Shown here: in pieces, positions 1 through 7,202 of the stretch
Numbering within the stretch: position 1 is the stretch's first letter
Layout: each line of letters opens with the position of its first letter
Source: Haloferax volcanii DS2
GTDB taxonomy: Archaea; Halobacteriota; Halobacteria; Halobacteriales; Haloferacaceae
Reading direction: 5' to 3'
DNA length: 32,000 bases
Assembly: GCF_000025685.1 (NCBI RefSeq)
Contig: NC_013967.1
Location: 120,001 to 152,000 of the forward strand
Position numbers and translations under genes: made by a program
Notes under the pieces: generated by a model
Told to the model about the DNA's origin: nothing
Seen by the model: only the letters and a program-made list of their open reading frames with translations
Database searches by the model: none

Positions 1-90
1 GAAGATGTTCTCGACGGCGTCGCCGACGCGGTCGGTGACCTCGGTGTCGCGGACGGGCACCTCGATGCGGACGTCGACGCTGTAAATCAT
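1..90 (-). CDS. UPF0201-type small RNA-binding protein; only the N-terminal 30 codons are in the window (gene runs off the left edge)
   Basis: ATG at 88-90 (minus) opens MIYSVDVRIEVPVRDTEVTDRVGDAVENIF, an N-terminus I associate with archaeal UPF0201 proteins. It starts 2 nt after the stop of the upstream P-loop gene, which suggests an operon. It is absent from the ORF track because it has no stop in the window. Confidence 0.5.
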   Translation of the reverse strand, partial: MIYSVDVRIEVPVRDTEVTDRVGDAVENIF

Positions 91-92
91 GC

Positions 93-662
93 TCACGCGT
101 CGGCCTCCGCGAGCGCTTCCGGCCCCTCTTCGAACAGCTTCGTGATGGTTTCGCGGTACTCAGCCAGCGTGCCGGTGTTCTGGATGACCACGTCGGCGCG
201 GTCCATCGCGTCGCCCATCCCGAAGTCGAGTTCGCGGCGTTCGCGCTTTTTGAGCGCCTCTACGTCGGTGTCGCTGTCGTCGCGGTCGCGGTCGAGCAGG
301 CGCTCGGCGCGCGTCTCGAACGGCGCTTCGACGCTCACGAGGACGAAGTCGTCGCCGAACGCCTCGCGGAAACGGTCGAGTTCGACGCCCGACCGAAGCC
401 CGTCGACGAGCACCACGTCGTTCGATTCGAGGTGCTGTTCGACCATCGGCAGCGAGCGCGCCGCGATGGCGTCGTCGCCCTCCTCCTCGCGGAGCGCGGT
501 CGCTATCTTCCCGTGGTCCGTCGCGGGGTCGAGGCCGCGCTTGCGACACTCCTCGCGGATGACGTCGCCCATCGTCACGACGGGTACGCCCGCGTTGCGG
601 GCCACCTCGGCGAGCTCGCCCTTGCCGCTTCCCGGCAGGCCGACCGTCCCGATGACTCTCAT
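93..662 (-). CDS. P-loop nucleotide-kinase-like protein (UPF0200 / AAA-family, adenylate- or dephospho-CoA-kinase-like fold)
   Basis: ORF 93..704. Walker A GLPGSGKG follows MRVIGTVGLPGSGKG directly, so I prefer the internal ATG at 660-662 to the ORF-track start at 704. Acidic C-terminus and high GC3. Confidence 0.75.
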   Translation of the reverse strand: MRVIGTVGLPGSGKGELAEVARNAGVPVVTMGDVIREECRKRGLDPATDHGKIATALREEEGDDAIAARSLPMVEQHLESNDVVLVDGLRSGVELDRFREAFGDDFVLVSVEAPFETRAERLLDRDRDDSDTDVEALKKRERRELDFGMGDAMDRADVVIQNTGTLAEYRETITKLFEEGPEALAEADA

Positions 663-801
663 AGCCGGTGTTACCGCGTTGGCGCTGTTAAAGCCTCCCT
701 TCACGTCGCTCCGGGTGGCGGGTTTCGCCGGTTCCCTTCACCCCGCTCCACCTCACCTCGACCACCCCGCTGCTTTTCGCCTCGGCCCGCGTACTACGCC
801 T

Positions 802-1179
802 ATGTCTCAGCGCTCGTTCGTCGTCCGCGCCCTCTGGTTCGTCTTCGTCGGCTGGTGGGCGACGCCCGCCGTCGTCAACGTCGCGTGGTTCCTGAACGCG
901 ACCGTCATCGGCATCCCGCTCGGCGTCGCGCTCATCAACCTCGTGCCGACGGTGCTCTCGTTGAAGGAGCCGAAAACCCGGCTCGACCCCGACTCGGGCC
1001 GCGGCCAGCGGTCGGTCGTCGTCCGCGCCGTCTACTTCGTGTTCGTCGGCTGGTGGCTGAGCTGGGTCTGGGCGAACGTGGCGGTGCTGTTCACGCTCAC
1101 CATCGTCGGCCTCCCGGTCGGCATCTGGATGCTCAACCGGCTCCCCGCGGTCACGTCGCTGTATCGGTTCGACGGGTAG
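802..1179 (+). CDS. YccF-like inner-membrane protein (two DUF307 repeats)
   Basis: This is the 3' part of ORF 142..1179, starting at ATG 802 (MSQRSFVVRALWFVFVGWW...). It contains an internal duplication, RSFVVRALWFVFVGWW...GIPLG... and RSVVVRAVYFVFVGWW...GLPVG..., which is typical of YccF. Confidence 0.75.
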   Translation: MSQRSFVVRALWFVFVGWWATPAVVNVAWFLNATVIGIPLGVALINLVPTVLSLKEPKTRLDPDSGRGQRSVVVRAVYFVFVGWWLSWVWANVAVLFTLTIVGLPVGIWMLNRLPAVTSLYRFDG

Positions 1180-1189
1180 AACCCGATTC

Positions 1190-1197
1190 GTTTTTCT
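1190..1197 (+). promoter_or_regulatory. TATA-like box upstream of tRNA-Arg
   Basis: GTTTTTCT is centred about 30 nt upstream of tRNA position 1 (1223). Confidence 0.35.
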
Positions 1198-1222
1198 TGC
1201 AGGGACGGTTTGTGGGCATCGA

Positions 1223-1296
1223 GGGCGCGTAGCTCAGTCGGACAGAGCGTCGGACTTCTAATCCGATGGTCGCGGGTTCGAATCCCGTCGCGCTCG
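1223..1296 (+). tRNA. tRNA-Arg (anticodon UCU)
   Basis: Folded by hand into a cloverleaf. Acceptor GGGCGCG/CGCGCTC, D arm GCTC-AGTCGGACA-GAGC, anticodon arm TCGGA-CTTCTAA-TCCGA (anticodon TCT), T arm GCGGG-TTCGAAT-CCCGT, discriminator G. No CCA is encoded. Confidence 0.92.
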
Positions 1297-1376
1297 CTCG
1301 GCCGGAGGCCTCGCTCGCGCGACGGACATCGCAAACGCTTCGCGTTTGCTCAATCCCGTCGCGCTCTTTTCGTTGC
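1274..1376. repeat. 103-bp direct repeat, copy 1; it begins inside the T-arm of tRNA-Arg
   Basis: Matches 1455-1557 at 101 of 103 positions (offset 181). Contains two copies of AATCCCGTCGCGCTC (1281-1295, 1352-1366) flanking a 56-nt GC-rich spacer. Confidence 0.9.
1317..1371 (+). terminator. Nested stem-loop followed by a T-run (candidate tRNA-Arg trailer or terminator)
   Basis: GCGCGACGG (1317-1325) pairs with CCGTCGCGC (1356-1364). This encloses a perfect 8-bp hairpin, GCAAACGC-TTC-GCGTTTGC (1331-1349), and is followed by TCTTTTC (1365-1371). Oligo-T is the usual archaeal termination signal. Confidence 0.35.
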
Positions 1377-1454
1377 TGAAACCCCCGAGTGGTAGCGAGA
1401 CGTGTGGGAACGCCACGCGCGGGATTCGAATCAGGGAGCAACTTGTTGCGACTG

Positions 1455-1557
1455 GGGTTCGAATCCCGCCGCGCTCGCTCGGCCGGAGGCCTCGCTCGCG
1501 CGACGGACATCGCAAACGCTTCGCGTTTGCTCAATCCCGTCGCGCTCTTTTCCTTGC
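1455..1557. repeat. 103-bp direct repeat, copy 2 (orphan tRNA 3'-end fragments)
   Basis: Matches 1274-1376 with mismatches at 1469 (C versus T) and 1553 (C versus G). tRNA 3'-end copies lie at 1462-1476 and 1533-1547. I could not fold an upstream acceptor or anticodon arm. Confidence 0.9.
1498..1552 (+). terminator. Second copy of the nested stem-loop plus T-run
   Basis: Same structure as 1317-1371, shifted by 181 nt. T-run at 1548-1551. Confidence 0.3.
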
Positions 1558-1709
1558 GGTAGACCGCCGAGCGACGGCATCGGCGGCCCCACCTACTCCT
1601 GTCCTGAGCGGGTTCTGTTCTCGACGACTATGGGGCTTGACCTCGGATACGTGTGACCTACAAGTTAGGATGACAACATTTTTCGGTCGAGCGGCGCGAA
1701 ACGCCCCGC

Positions 1710-1985
1710 ATGGACGTTCTCGGCATCGTCGCCGCGGCGGTCGTCTTCGGCGTCGCCGCCTACAATCTCGTGACGAGCCTCGACGGCCGATTCGCGAGAC
1801 TCCTGTTCGGGTGTCTGGGCGTCGTCGCCGCGACGCTCTACGTCATCGAACAGTTCGGACTCGCGGCGTCGCTCGGACTGAACGTCGCTCACGGCCTCCA
1901 ATTCGTCGCGGCCCTGCTCGTGGTCTCGGCGCTGGTCGATTTCCTCGCCCGGCGCGCCGAGGCGGGCGATTCCGGGTCGTCGTGA
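1710..1985 (+). CDS. Small hypothetical membrane protein (91 aa, about 3 TM segments)
   Basis: ORF-track entry. Hydrophobic segments, very high GC3, and a TATA-like CATTTTTC at 1677-1684 about 29 nt upstream of the ATG. Confidence 0.55.
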   Translation: MDVLGIVAAAVVFGVAAYNLVTSLDGRFARLLFGCLGVVAATLYVIEQFGLAASLGLNVAHGLQFVAALLVVSALVDFLARRAEAGDSGSS

Positions 1986-2190
1986 ACGCCGCGACTCCCC
2001 GTTCGGGGGACGGTTCGAACAGACGATAGACGACGCGGTCGTCCACGGCGACGCCGACATGGAGTCCGCGCTCCACGAGGGGCCGGTCCGGGTGCTCGTC
2101 AACGGCTGGGTCGAGGTGCCGGGCGGCCGGTATCTCTCCCCGCACGCGGTCCACCATATCGACGTGCGAGTTCCCGAGTGATGTCGAGTC

Positions 2191-2298
2191 TCAGACGACG
2201 GTCAACTCCCGACCGCAGTCGGGGCACTCGCCGTCGACGATAGTCACCGGCGCGTCGCAGTCCGGACAGAACTCGCGGTAACACGCCCTGTCTCCCAT
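2191..2298 (-). CDS. 35-aa zinc-finger micro-protein (CPxC...CPxCG type)
   Basis: Hand translation gives MGDRACYREFCPDCDAPVTIVDGECPDCGRELTVV*. It has two CPDC knuckles 13 residues apart and GC3-rich codons. It is below the ORF-track size cut-off. Confidence 0.45.
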   Translation of the reverse strand: MGDRACYREFCPDCDAPVTIVDGECPDCGRELTVV

Positions 2299-2367
2299 AC
2301 GTACCGCTATCACGGGAACGGTGGTGAACGTTGGGGCGAACCGGAGCGCCGAGTGTCGGCCGGCCCG

Positions 2368-2781
2368 TCACTCGTCATCGACGTCTTTTCCCCGACCGGC
2401 GAAGTTCGCGCCGAGTTCGGCACCGTAGCGTCGGGCGTAGACGCCGGGGACCTCGAGGAGGTCGCTCGGCGCGCCGGATTCGACCACGACGCCGCCGTCG
2501 ACGACGTGGACGCGGTCGGCGTCGCGGACGGCGGCCGCGCTATCGGTCGCCACGACGAGCGGGGCGTCCGGTCGCCGCATCGCGGCGAGGGTGGCGCGAA
2601 GCTGTGACGGGGCGGAACTGTGCGGCGCGCGGACGAGCGGGCCGGCTCCGTGGAGGAGCGGTCCCGCGAGCGCCGCCGCCTCGGAGATTCGGGGCGCGAC
2701 GACGGCCAGAAGCGGCGGCCGATTCGCGGGCGTGGTCGCGTCCGAGTCGGCGTTGGTCGCCGGGCTCTCGGGTGGGGACAT
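2368..2781 (-). CDS. ABC-ATPase-derived protein: C-terminal half only, with degenerate motifs (possible gene remnant)
   Basis: ORF 2368..2838. The tail PLVVATDSAAAVRDADRVHVVDGGVVVESGAPSDLLEVPGVYARRYG resembles the H-loop to C-terminus of ABC exporter ATPases. There is no Walker A, signature, or intact Walker B (LLHGAG in place of LLLDEP). I prefer ATG 2781 (MSPPESP) because a TATACTTA box (2810-2817, minus) lies about 32 nt upstream. Confidence 0.5.
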   Translation of the reverse strand: MSPPESPATNADSDATTPANRPPLLAVVAPRISEAAALAGPLLHGAGPLVRAPHSSAPSQLRATLAAMRRPDAPLVVATDSAAAVRDADRVHVVDGGVVVESGAPSDLLEVPGVYARRYGAELGANFAGRGKDVDDE

Positions 2782-3086
2782 ACGATGTGAGATTCGCTGG
2801 CACGGGAGATAAGTATAGAGCGGACACTGGCGTTTCACGAATCACATCGGATGATTCATAGTGCTTTGTCAACTTCTGTCACGAATCAGTTGTCGATACG
2901 CCCGCCGCCTCGGGGCGGTAGCCGACGGCGCGGCACGGGCGCTCGATTAACGGCGTCCAAACCGGCGCGTCCGCGGGCAAAGCAGCTGCTAACGGGTGTA
3001 AAGCCGCAAAAAACGTCGTGAATTTGGCCGAGCGAGTCGAGTCGATTCGAATCAGGGTGTGGGTGTATGGTGGCCTACTGGGACGC

Positions 3087-4775
3087 TCACATTGCGCCGC
3101 CCATGCCGCCCATACCGCCCATGCCACCCATGCCGCCGCCCATGCCGCCGGGTGCGCCGCCGTCGTCGTCGTCGCTGCCGGTCTGGCCACCGGAGAGGTC
3201 GCCAGCCGCGATGACGTCGTCGATGCGGAGAATCATGACTGCGGCTTCGGTCGCGGACTCGATAGCCTGGGTCTTGACGCGGAGGGGCTCCACGACGCCC
3301 TCTTCTTCCATGTCGATGACCTCGCCCGTGTAGGCGTCGAGGCCGGCTGCGAACTCGCCGCCGTCGTGGCGCGAGCGCAGGTCGACGAGGGAGTCGATGG
3401 GGTCGAGACCGGCGTTCTCGGCGAGGGTGCGCGGGATGATGTCCAGCGCCTCGGCGAACGCCTCGACGGCGAGCTGCTCGCGGCCGCCGACGGAGTCAGC
3501 GAACTCGCGGAGCTGCAGGGAGAGCTCCGTCTCGGGAGCGCCGCCGCCGGGGAGGACCTTGCCGTCTTCGAGCGTCGTGCGGACGACGCCGAGGGAGTCC
3601 TCGATGGCGCGTTCGAGCTCGTCGACGACGTGTTCCGTGCCACCGCGGAGGATGAGCGTGACGGACTTGGCGTCCTCGACGTCCTCGACGAAGATGCGCT
3701 CGTCGCCGCCGACGTCCTTCTGTCCGACGGAGCCGGCGAAGCCGAGGTCGTCGGCCTCGATGTCGTCGAGACTGCTGACGACGCGGCCGCCCGTCGCGCG
3801 GGCGAGACGCTTGAGGTCGGAGGACTTGGCGCGGCGGACCGCGAGGATGCCCTCCTTGGCGAGGTAGTGCTGCGCCATGTCGTCGATGCCGTCACCGACG
3901 AAGACGGCGTCAGCGCCGACCTCGACGAGTTGGTCGACCATCTCTTTCAGCTGCTTTTCTTCCTGGTCGAGGAACTGCTGAAGCTGGTCGGGGTCCGTGA
4001 CGTTGACTTCCGCGTCGATTTCGGTCTCGCGGACTTCCAGCGCGTCGTCGAGGATGGCGATGTTCGCGTCCTCGACGGCGTAGGGCATGTTCTCGTCGAC
4101 GCGTTCCTTGTCGACGATGACGCCCTCGACGAGTTCGGAGTTGTCGATGGTGCCGCCGACGACCTTCTCGATGGAGACGTTGTTCGTGTCGATGCCGTCG
4201 TCGTCCTTGACGGCCAGCACGGCGTCGACGACGAGTTCGGAGAGCAGGTCCTTCGCGGACTCCGCGCCCTTACCGGTCATCGCCGTTGCGGCGATCTTCG
4301 TGAGGGTCTCGCGGTCGTCCTCCGTGACCTCGATGGCGTTGTCCTCGAGGACTTCCTTGGCCTTCTCGGCGGCCTGGCGGTAGCCCTGCGCGATGGTCGT
4401 CGCGTGGACGTCGGAGTCGAGGAGGTCCTCGGCCTGGTCGAGGAGTTCACCGGCGTTGATGACGGCCGTCGTCGTGCCGTCTCCGACCTCGTCCTCCTGG
4501 GTCTCGGAGACTTCGACGATCATGTTGGCCGCGGGGTGGTCGATGTCCATCTCCTTGAGGATGGTGACGCCGTCGTTCGTGACGACGACCTGCCCGCCGG
4601 AGTCGACGAGCATCTTGTCCATCCCTTTGGGGCCGAGCGTCGTGCGTACGGCCTCTGCGACGGCCTTCCCGGCCGTGATGTTCATCGACTGCGCATCCTG
4701 TCCGGATGTGCGCTGGGAGTCTTCGCCCAGAATGATCATGGGCTGACCCTGCTGCATTCGCTGGCTCATAGTCAT
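3087..4775 (-). CDS. cct1: Thermosome (group II chaperonin) subunit
   Basis: 562-aa ORF with [24 protein letters not shown], and GDGTTT motifs and a C-terminal (GGM)n tail. It matches my recollection of Haloferax CCT1. An alternative start, MSQRM, is at 4769. Confidence 0.97.
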   Translation of the reverse strand: MTMSQRMQQGQPMIILGEDSQRTSGQDAQSMNITAGKAVAEAVRTTLGPKGMDKMLVDSGGQVVVTNDGVTILKEMDIDHPAANMIVEVSETQEDEVGDGTTTAVINAGELLDQAEDLLDSDVHATTIAQGYRQAAEKAKEVLEDNAIEVTEDDRETLTKIAATAMTGKGAESAKDLLSELVVDAVLAVKDDDGIDTNNVSIEKVVGGTIDNSELVEGVIVDKERVDENMPYAVEDANIAILDDALEVRETEIDAEVNVTDPDQLQQFLDQEEKQLKEMVDQLVEVGADAVFVGDGIDDMAQHYLAKEGILAVRRAKSSDLKRLARATGGRVVSSLDDIEADDLGFAGSVGQKDVGGDERIFVEDVEDAKSVTLILRGGTEHVVDELERAIEDSLGVVRTTLEDGKVLPGGGAPETELSLQLREFADSVGGREQLAVEAFAEALDIIPRTLAENAGLDPIDSLVDLRSRHDGGEFAAGLDAYTGEVIDMEEEGVVEPLRVKTQAIESATEAAVMILRIDDVIAAGDLSGGQTGSDDDDGGAPGGMGGGMGGMGGMGGMGGAM

Positions 4776-4795
4776 CGCCTGATTGTTTGTGATTC

Positions 4796-4801
4796 TATAA
4801 A
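4796..4801 (-). promoter_or_regulatory. TATA box of the thermosome gene
   Basis: The minus strand reads GCTTTTTTATAGAATC. The TTTATA core lies about 24-30 nt upstream of the two candidate ATGs (4775 and 4769). Confidence 0.5.
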
Positions 4802-4991
4802 AAAGCTTCGTTTATTGGTATGCCAAAACGCAACACTGTGGGGTGGTCGAGACCCGGAGACGGCGGTCGATTTCGGCGGTTTATCTGTGGCTTTCGCCGG
4901 GCGGTCTCGCCAGTCCCGAAGCGGGTGCGGTGAAAAGACGATGCGGGCGAGTGCCGTGTCGCGTCGGGGTGGACTCGTCGGCGGTGGCGTC

Positions 4992-5534
4992 TCAGTTGTT
5001 CTGTCGGACGTTGAAGCCCTGGGTCAGTTCGTTGTGCTTCCGTTCGAGGAAGGAGTACACCGCGCCGTGGGGGGCACCGTCGAGAATCATCTCGACGGCC
5101 CGGCGGACGACCTCGACCTCTTCGGGCTGGCCGATGATGCCGAGCGTCGTGCCGTAGATGACTACGTCGGCCCCCGTCAGCTCCTCCATGAGCTCGCGGG
5201 TGCGGCCGTTCTCGCCGATGAGGCGGCCCTTCTGCCGCCGCATGTCGTTTTTGTTTCGGGTGTGCCGGTCGATATCGATGAGTTCGAACATCATCATGTC
5301 GTCGTCGAGGAGCGCCATCGCGTCCTCCGGGGCGAAGCCGCGGCCGACCGCTCGAACCACGTCGGGAGCGACCATGCCGAGTACGGGGTCGCCGACGCTG
5401 TCGATGGCGACGCTGCCGTTCTCCGAGTCCACGTCGAGTCGGACTTCCGCGCGACTCTCTATCTCTCGGAGCGTCGAGCCACCTTCGCCGATGAGAACAC
5501 CGATACGGTCCTGCGGCACCTTGACGTGCTGCAT
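4992..5534 (-). CDS. KH-domain RNA-binding protein (Dim2/Pno1-like)
   Basis: ORF 4992..5603, trimmed to ATG 5534 (MQHVKVPQDRIGVLIGEGGSTLREIE). It has two KH-like GxxG motifs (IGEGG, IGENG). It sits next to Rio1, as in many archaea. Confidence 0.85.
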   Translation of the reverse strand: MQHVKVPQDRIGVLIGEGGSTLREIESRAEVRLDVDSENGSVAIDSVGDPVLGMVAPDVVRAVGRGFAPEDAMALLDDDMMMFELIDIDRHTRNKNDMRRQKGRLIGENGRTRELMEELTGADVVIYGTTLGIIGQPEEVEVVRRAVEMILDGAPHGAVYSFLERKHNELTQGFNVRQNN

Positions 5535-5627
5535 ATCACCCGATACCCGTCGGAGTGGTTTAAGCGTTCGCTCGGCGGGTCGCCGCGTGTCTCGGTCGCA
5601 CACCCGTCTCGCGGCGGGTCTGGGTTG

Positions 5628-6500
5628 CTACTCGTCTCCGTCTCCGTCCTCGCCCTCGTCGCCCGTGACGAACTCGTACAGCGAGTCGCCGTCGGCGTCG
5701 GCCCCCTGCCGCCGGAAGAAGTTGGCCACGTTGCGGCAGTCCCGCCGGAGGAACTCCTCGGCGTTGGGGTGGTGGACCGTGACGGCCTGTCCGAGGTCGA
5801 TGACGACGAGTTCGCCGTCGTGGATGATGAGGTTGTACTCCGAGAGGTCGCCGTGGACGAGGCCGGCGCGGTGGAGCCGACGCATGTACTCGCGGACGAC
5901 TTCGTAGGCTGTCTGGGGGTTCTCGACGCGCACCTCCGAGAGCCGCCGCGCCCGGTCGTCGACGACGCCGACGAGCTCCATCACGAGGACGTTCCGCTGG
6001 ACCGCGATGGGCTTCGGCACGCGGACGCCGGCGCGCTGGGCGCGTTCGAGGTTGGCGAACTCCTTTCTGACCCACGCGCGGACGACCTGTCCCTTGTCGT
6101 GGCCGATGTTCTCGAAGCGCGGGTCGCCTTCGAGATAGTCGCGCATGTGCCGGAAGTCGGAGGCGTTGATGCGGTATATCTTGACCGCCACGTCCGCGTC
6201 GTCGCCGCCGAGCGCCTCGAAGACGTTGGCCTCCTTGCCCGTCGAAATCGGCCCGCCGAACGCGTCGATGTGCCCGTCTTGGACGAGTTTGTAGATGGCG
6301 GCGAACGTCGCGTCGTCGAACACCGACTGCTCGACTTTGAACTGGTCGGCGTCTTTCAACCGCATCCGGAACTCGTCGAAGTCGCGGTCCTTGCGGCGCG
6401 CGATGCGGTCCGCCTCGTCGTCGGAGACGTCTATCTCCTCCCACTCGTCGCCGAACGCTTCGCCCTCCTGGGGTTCGACCATGCCGAACTCGTCAGTCAT
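5628..6500 (-). CDS. rio1: RIO-type serine/threonine protein kinase Rio1
   Basis: ORF 5628..6692, trimmed to ATG 6500 (MTDEFGMVEPQ...). Contains STGKEANVF, the LVHGDLSEYN catalytic loop, and IDLGQAV. The N-terminal extension in the ORF track is Arg-rich and non-halophilic. Confidence 0.9.
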   Translation of the reverse strand: MTDEFGMVEPQEGEAFGDEWEEIDVSDDEADRIARRKDRDFDEFRMRLKDADQFKVEQSVFDDATFAAIYKLVQDGHIDAFGGPISTGKEANVFEALGGDDADVAVKIYRINASDFRHMRDYLEGDPRFENIGHDKGQVVRAWVRKEFANLERAQRAGVRVPKPIAVQRNVLVMELVGVVDDRARRLSEVRVENPQTAYEVVREYMRRLHRAGLVHGDLSEYNLIIHDGELVVIDLGQAVTVHHPNAEEFLRRDCRNVANFFRRQGADADGDSLYEFVTGDEGEDGDGDE

Positions 6501-6601
6501 TGGACTAGGGCTACGAGAGGCGAGATGAAAAGGGCACAGGCTCCGGGTTCGGCGTCTTCGGGGAACAAACAACAAACGGCGCGCCGTCTCGGACGTGCGC
6601 G

Positions 6602-6892
6602 TTACTGGATGTGACCTTCGCGGCGGAGCTGGTCGGCTTCGGACTTCTCGTAGCGCCAGCTCACGTCGGCCTTCTCGTCCTGCCAGTCCCACGGCTCGAC
6701 GAGCACCACGTCGTCCTCTCGAATCCAGATTCGCTTCTGCATCCGTCCGGGAATGCGAGCGGTCCGCTCGACGCCGTCGGCACAGCGGACGCGAATACGA
6801 TTGGCCCCGAGCATGTTCGTCACGACGGCGAACACTTCGTCGTCGTTCGGCATTCGAAGGTCTCGGCGGCTCTCGTTCTCGTCGTCGCTCAT
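6602..6892 (-). CDS. eif1a: Translation initiation factor aIF-1A
   Basis: The last 96 aa of ORF 6602..7543, from ATG 6892: [68 protein letters not shown] (S1/OB fold, aIF-1A signature). Confidence 0.93.
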   Translation of the reverse strand: MSDDENESRRDLRMPNDDEVFAVVTNMLGANRIRVRCADGVERTARIPGRMQKRIWIREDDVVLVEPWDWQDEKADVSWRYEKSEADQLRREGHIQ

Positions 6893-6997
6893 GCGCGAGC
6901 GTTCGACGTGGGCATGGTTAAATCCGCCGACGTTCGGCCGGTAGGAAGCGTCCGACGGAACGACGCGTTTAGGGCGGTCCCGAAACGCCGTCGTGGT

Positions 6998-7177
6998 ATG
7001 CTCGACAAACTCGGTACGAAGGGTATCGCCGGCGTCGTCTCGCTGCTCTTGGGTATCGGTATCGTCGCCTCTCAGGCCCCCGTCGTCGCGGCGGGCCTCG
7101 CGTTCGTCGTCGCCGGGCTCGGCCTCGTCGCCGGCGGCCTCGCCGAGGGCGTCATGAAGATGTTCGGGATGGCCTGA
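6998..7177 (+). CDS. Small hypothetical membrane protein (59 aa)
   Basis: [59 protein letters not shown]. It has two hydrophobic helices, high GC3, and a weak TATA-like CGTTTAGG about 29 nt upstream. Confidence 0.4.
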   Translation: MLDKLGTKGIAGVVSLLLGIGIVASQAPVVAAGLAFVVAGLGLVAGGLAEGVMKMFGMA

Positions 7178-7202
7178 CGGGCCTTCGACTCCGGCCCTCG
7201 GC

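Noticed and set aside
1423-1436. An exact 14-nt match, GATTCGAATCAGGG, between the tRNA-repeat region (1423-1436) and the thermosome 3' flank (3044-3057). This raised the possibility of distant att or repeat copies
   Set aside because: One or two exact 14-mers are expected by chance among all position pairs in 32 kb. The match is centred on the TTCGAA palindrome, and the flanks do not extend the similarity.
3089-3150. A 9-bp periodic tandem repeat (CATGCCGCC-like units)
   Set aside because: It encodes the C-terminal (GGM)n tail typical of thermosome subunits. It is coding low complexity, not a CRISPR array or satellite.
4776-4991. A 216-nt gap between the thermosome promoter and the KH gene 3' end, examined for a small ORF or ncRNA (for example a 37-codon basic ORF from ATG 4820)
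   Set aside because: The candidate ORF has low GC3, a basic composition and no motif. I could not identify a convincing conserved RNA fold by eye. The region most likely holds upstream regulatory sequence of the heat-shock-type thermosome promoter plus the KH gene terminator.
3018-6614. A 1198-aa uninterrupted plus-strand ORF, the longest in the window
   Set aside because: It lies antisense to three well-supported minus-strand genes (thermosome, KH protein, Rio1) and their intergenic regions. Its sequence is a monotonous V/D/G/A/L/E/R mix with no recognisable domain. Stop-codon depletion on the antisense strand is expected in high-GC genomes with GC3-rich codons.
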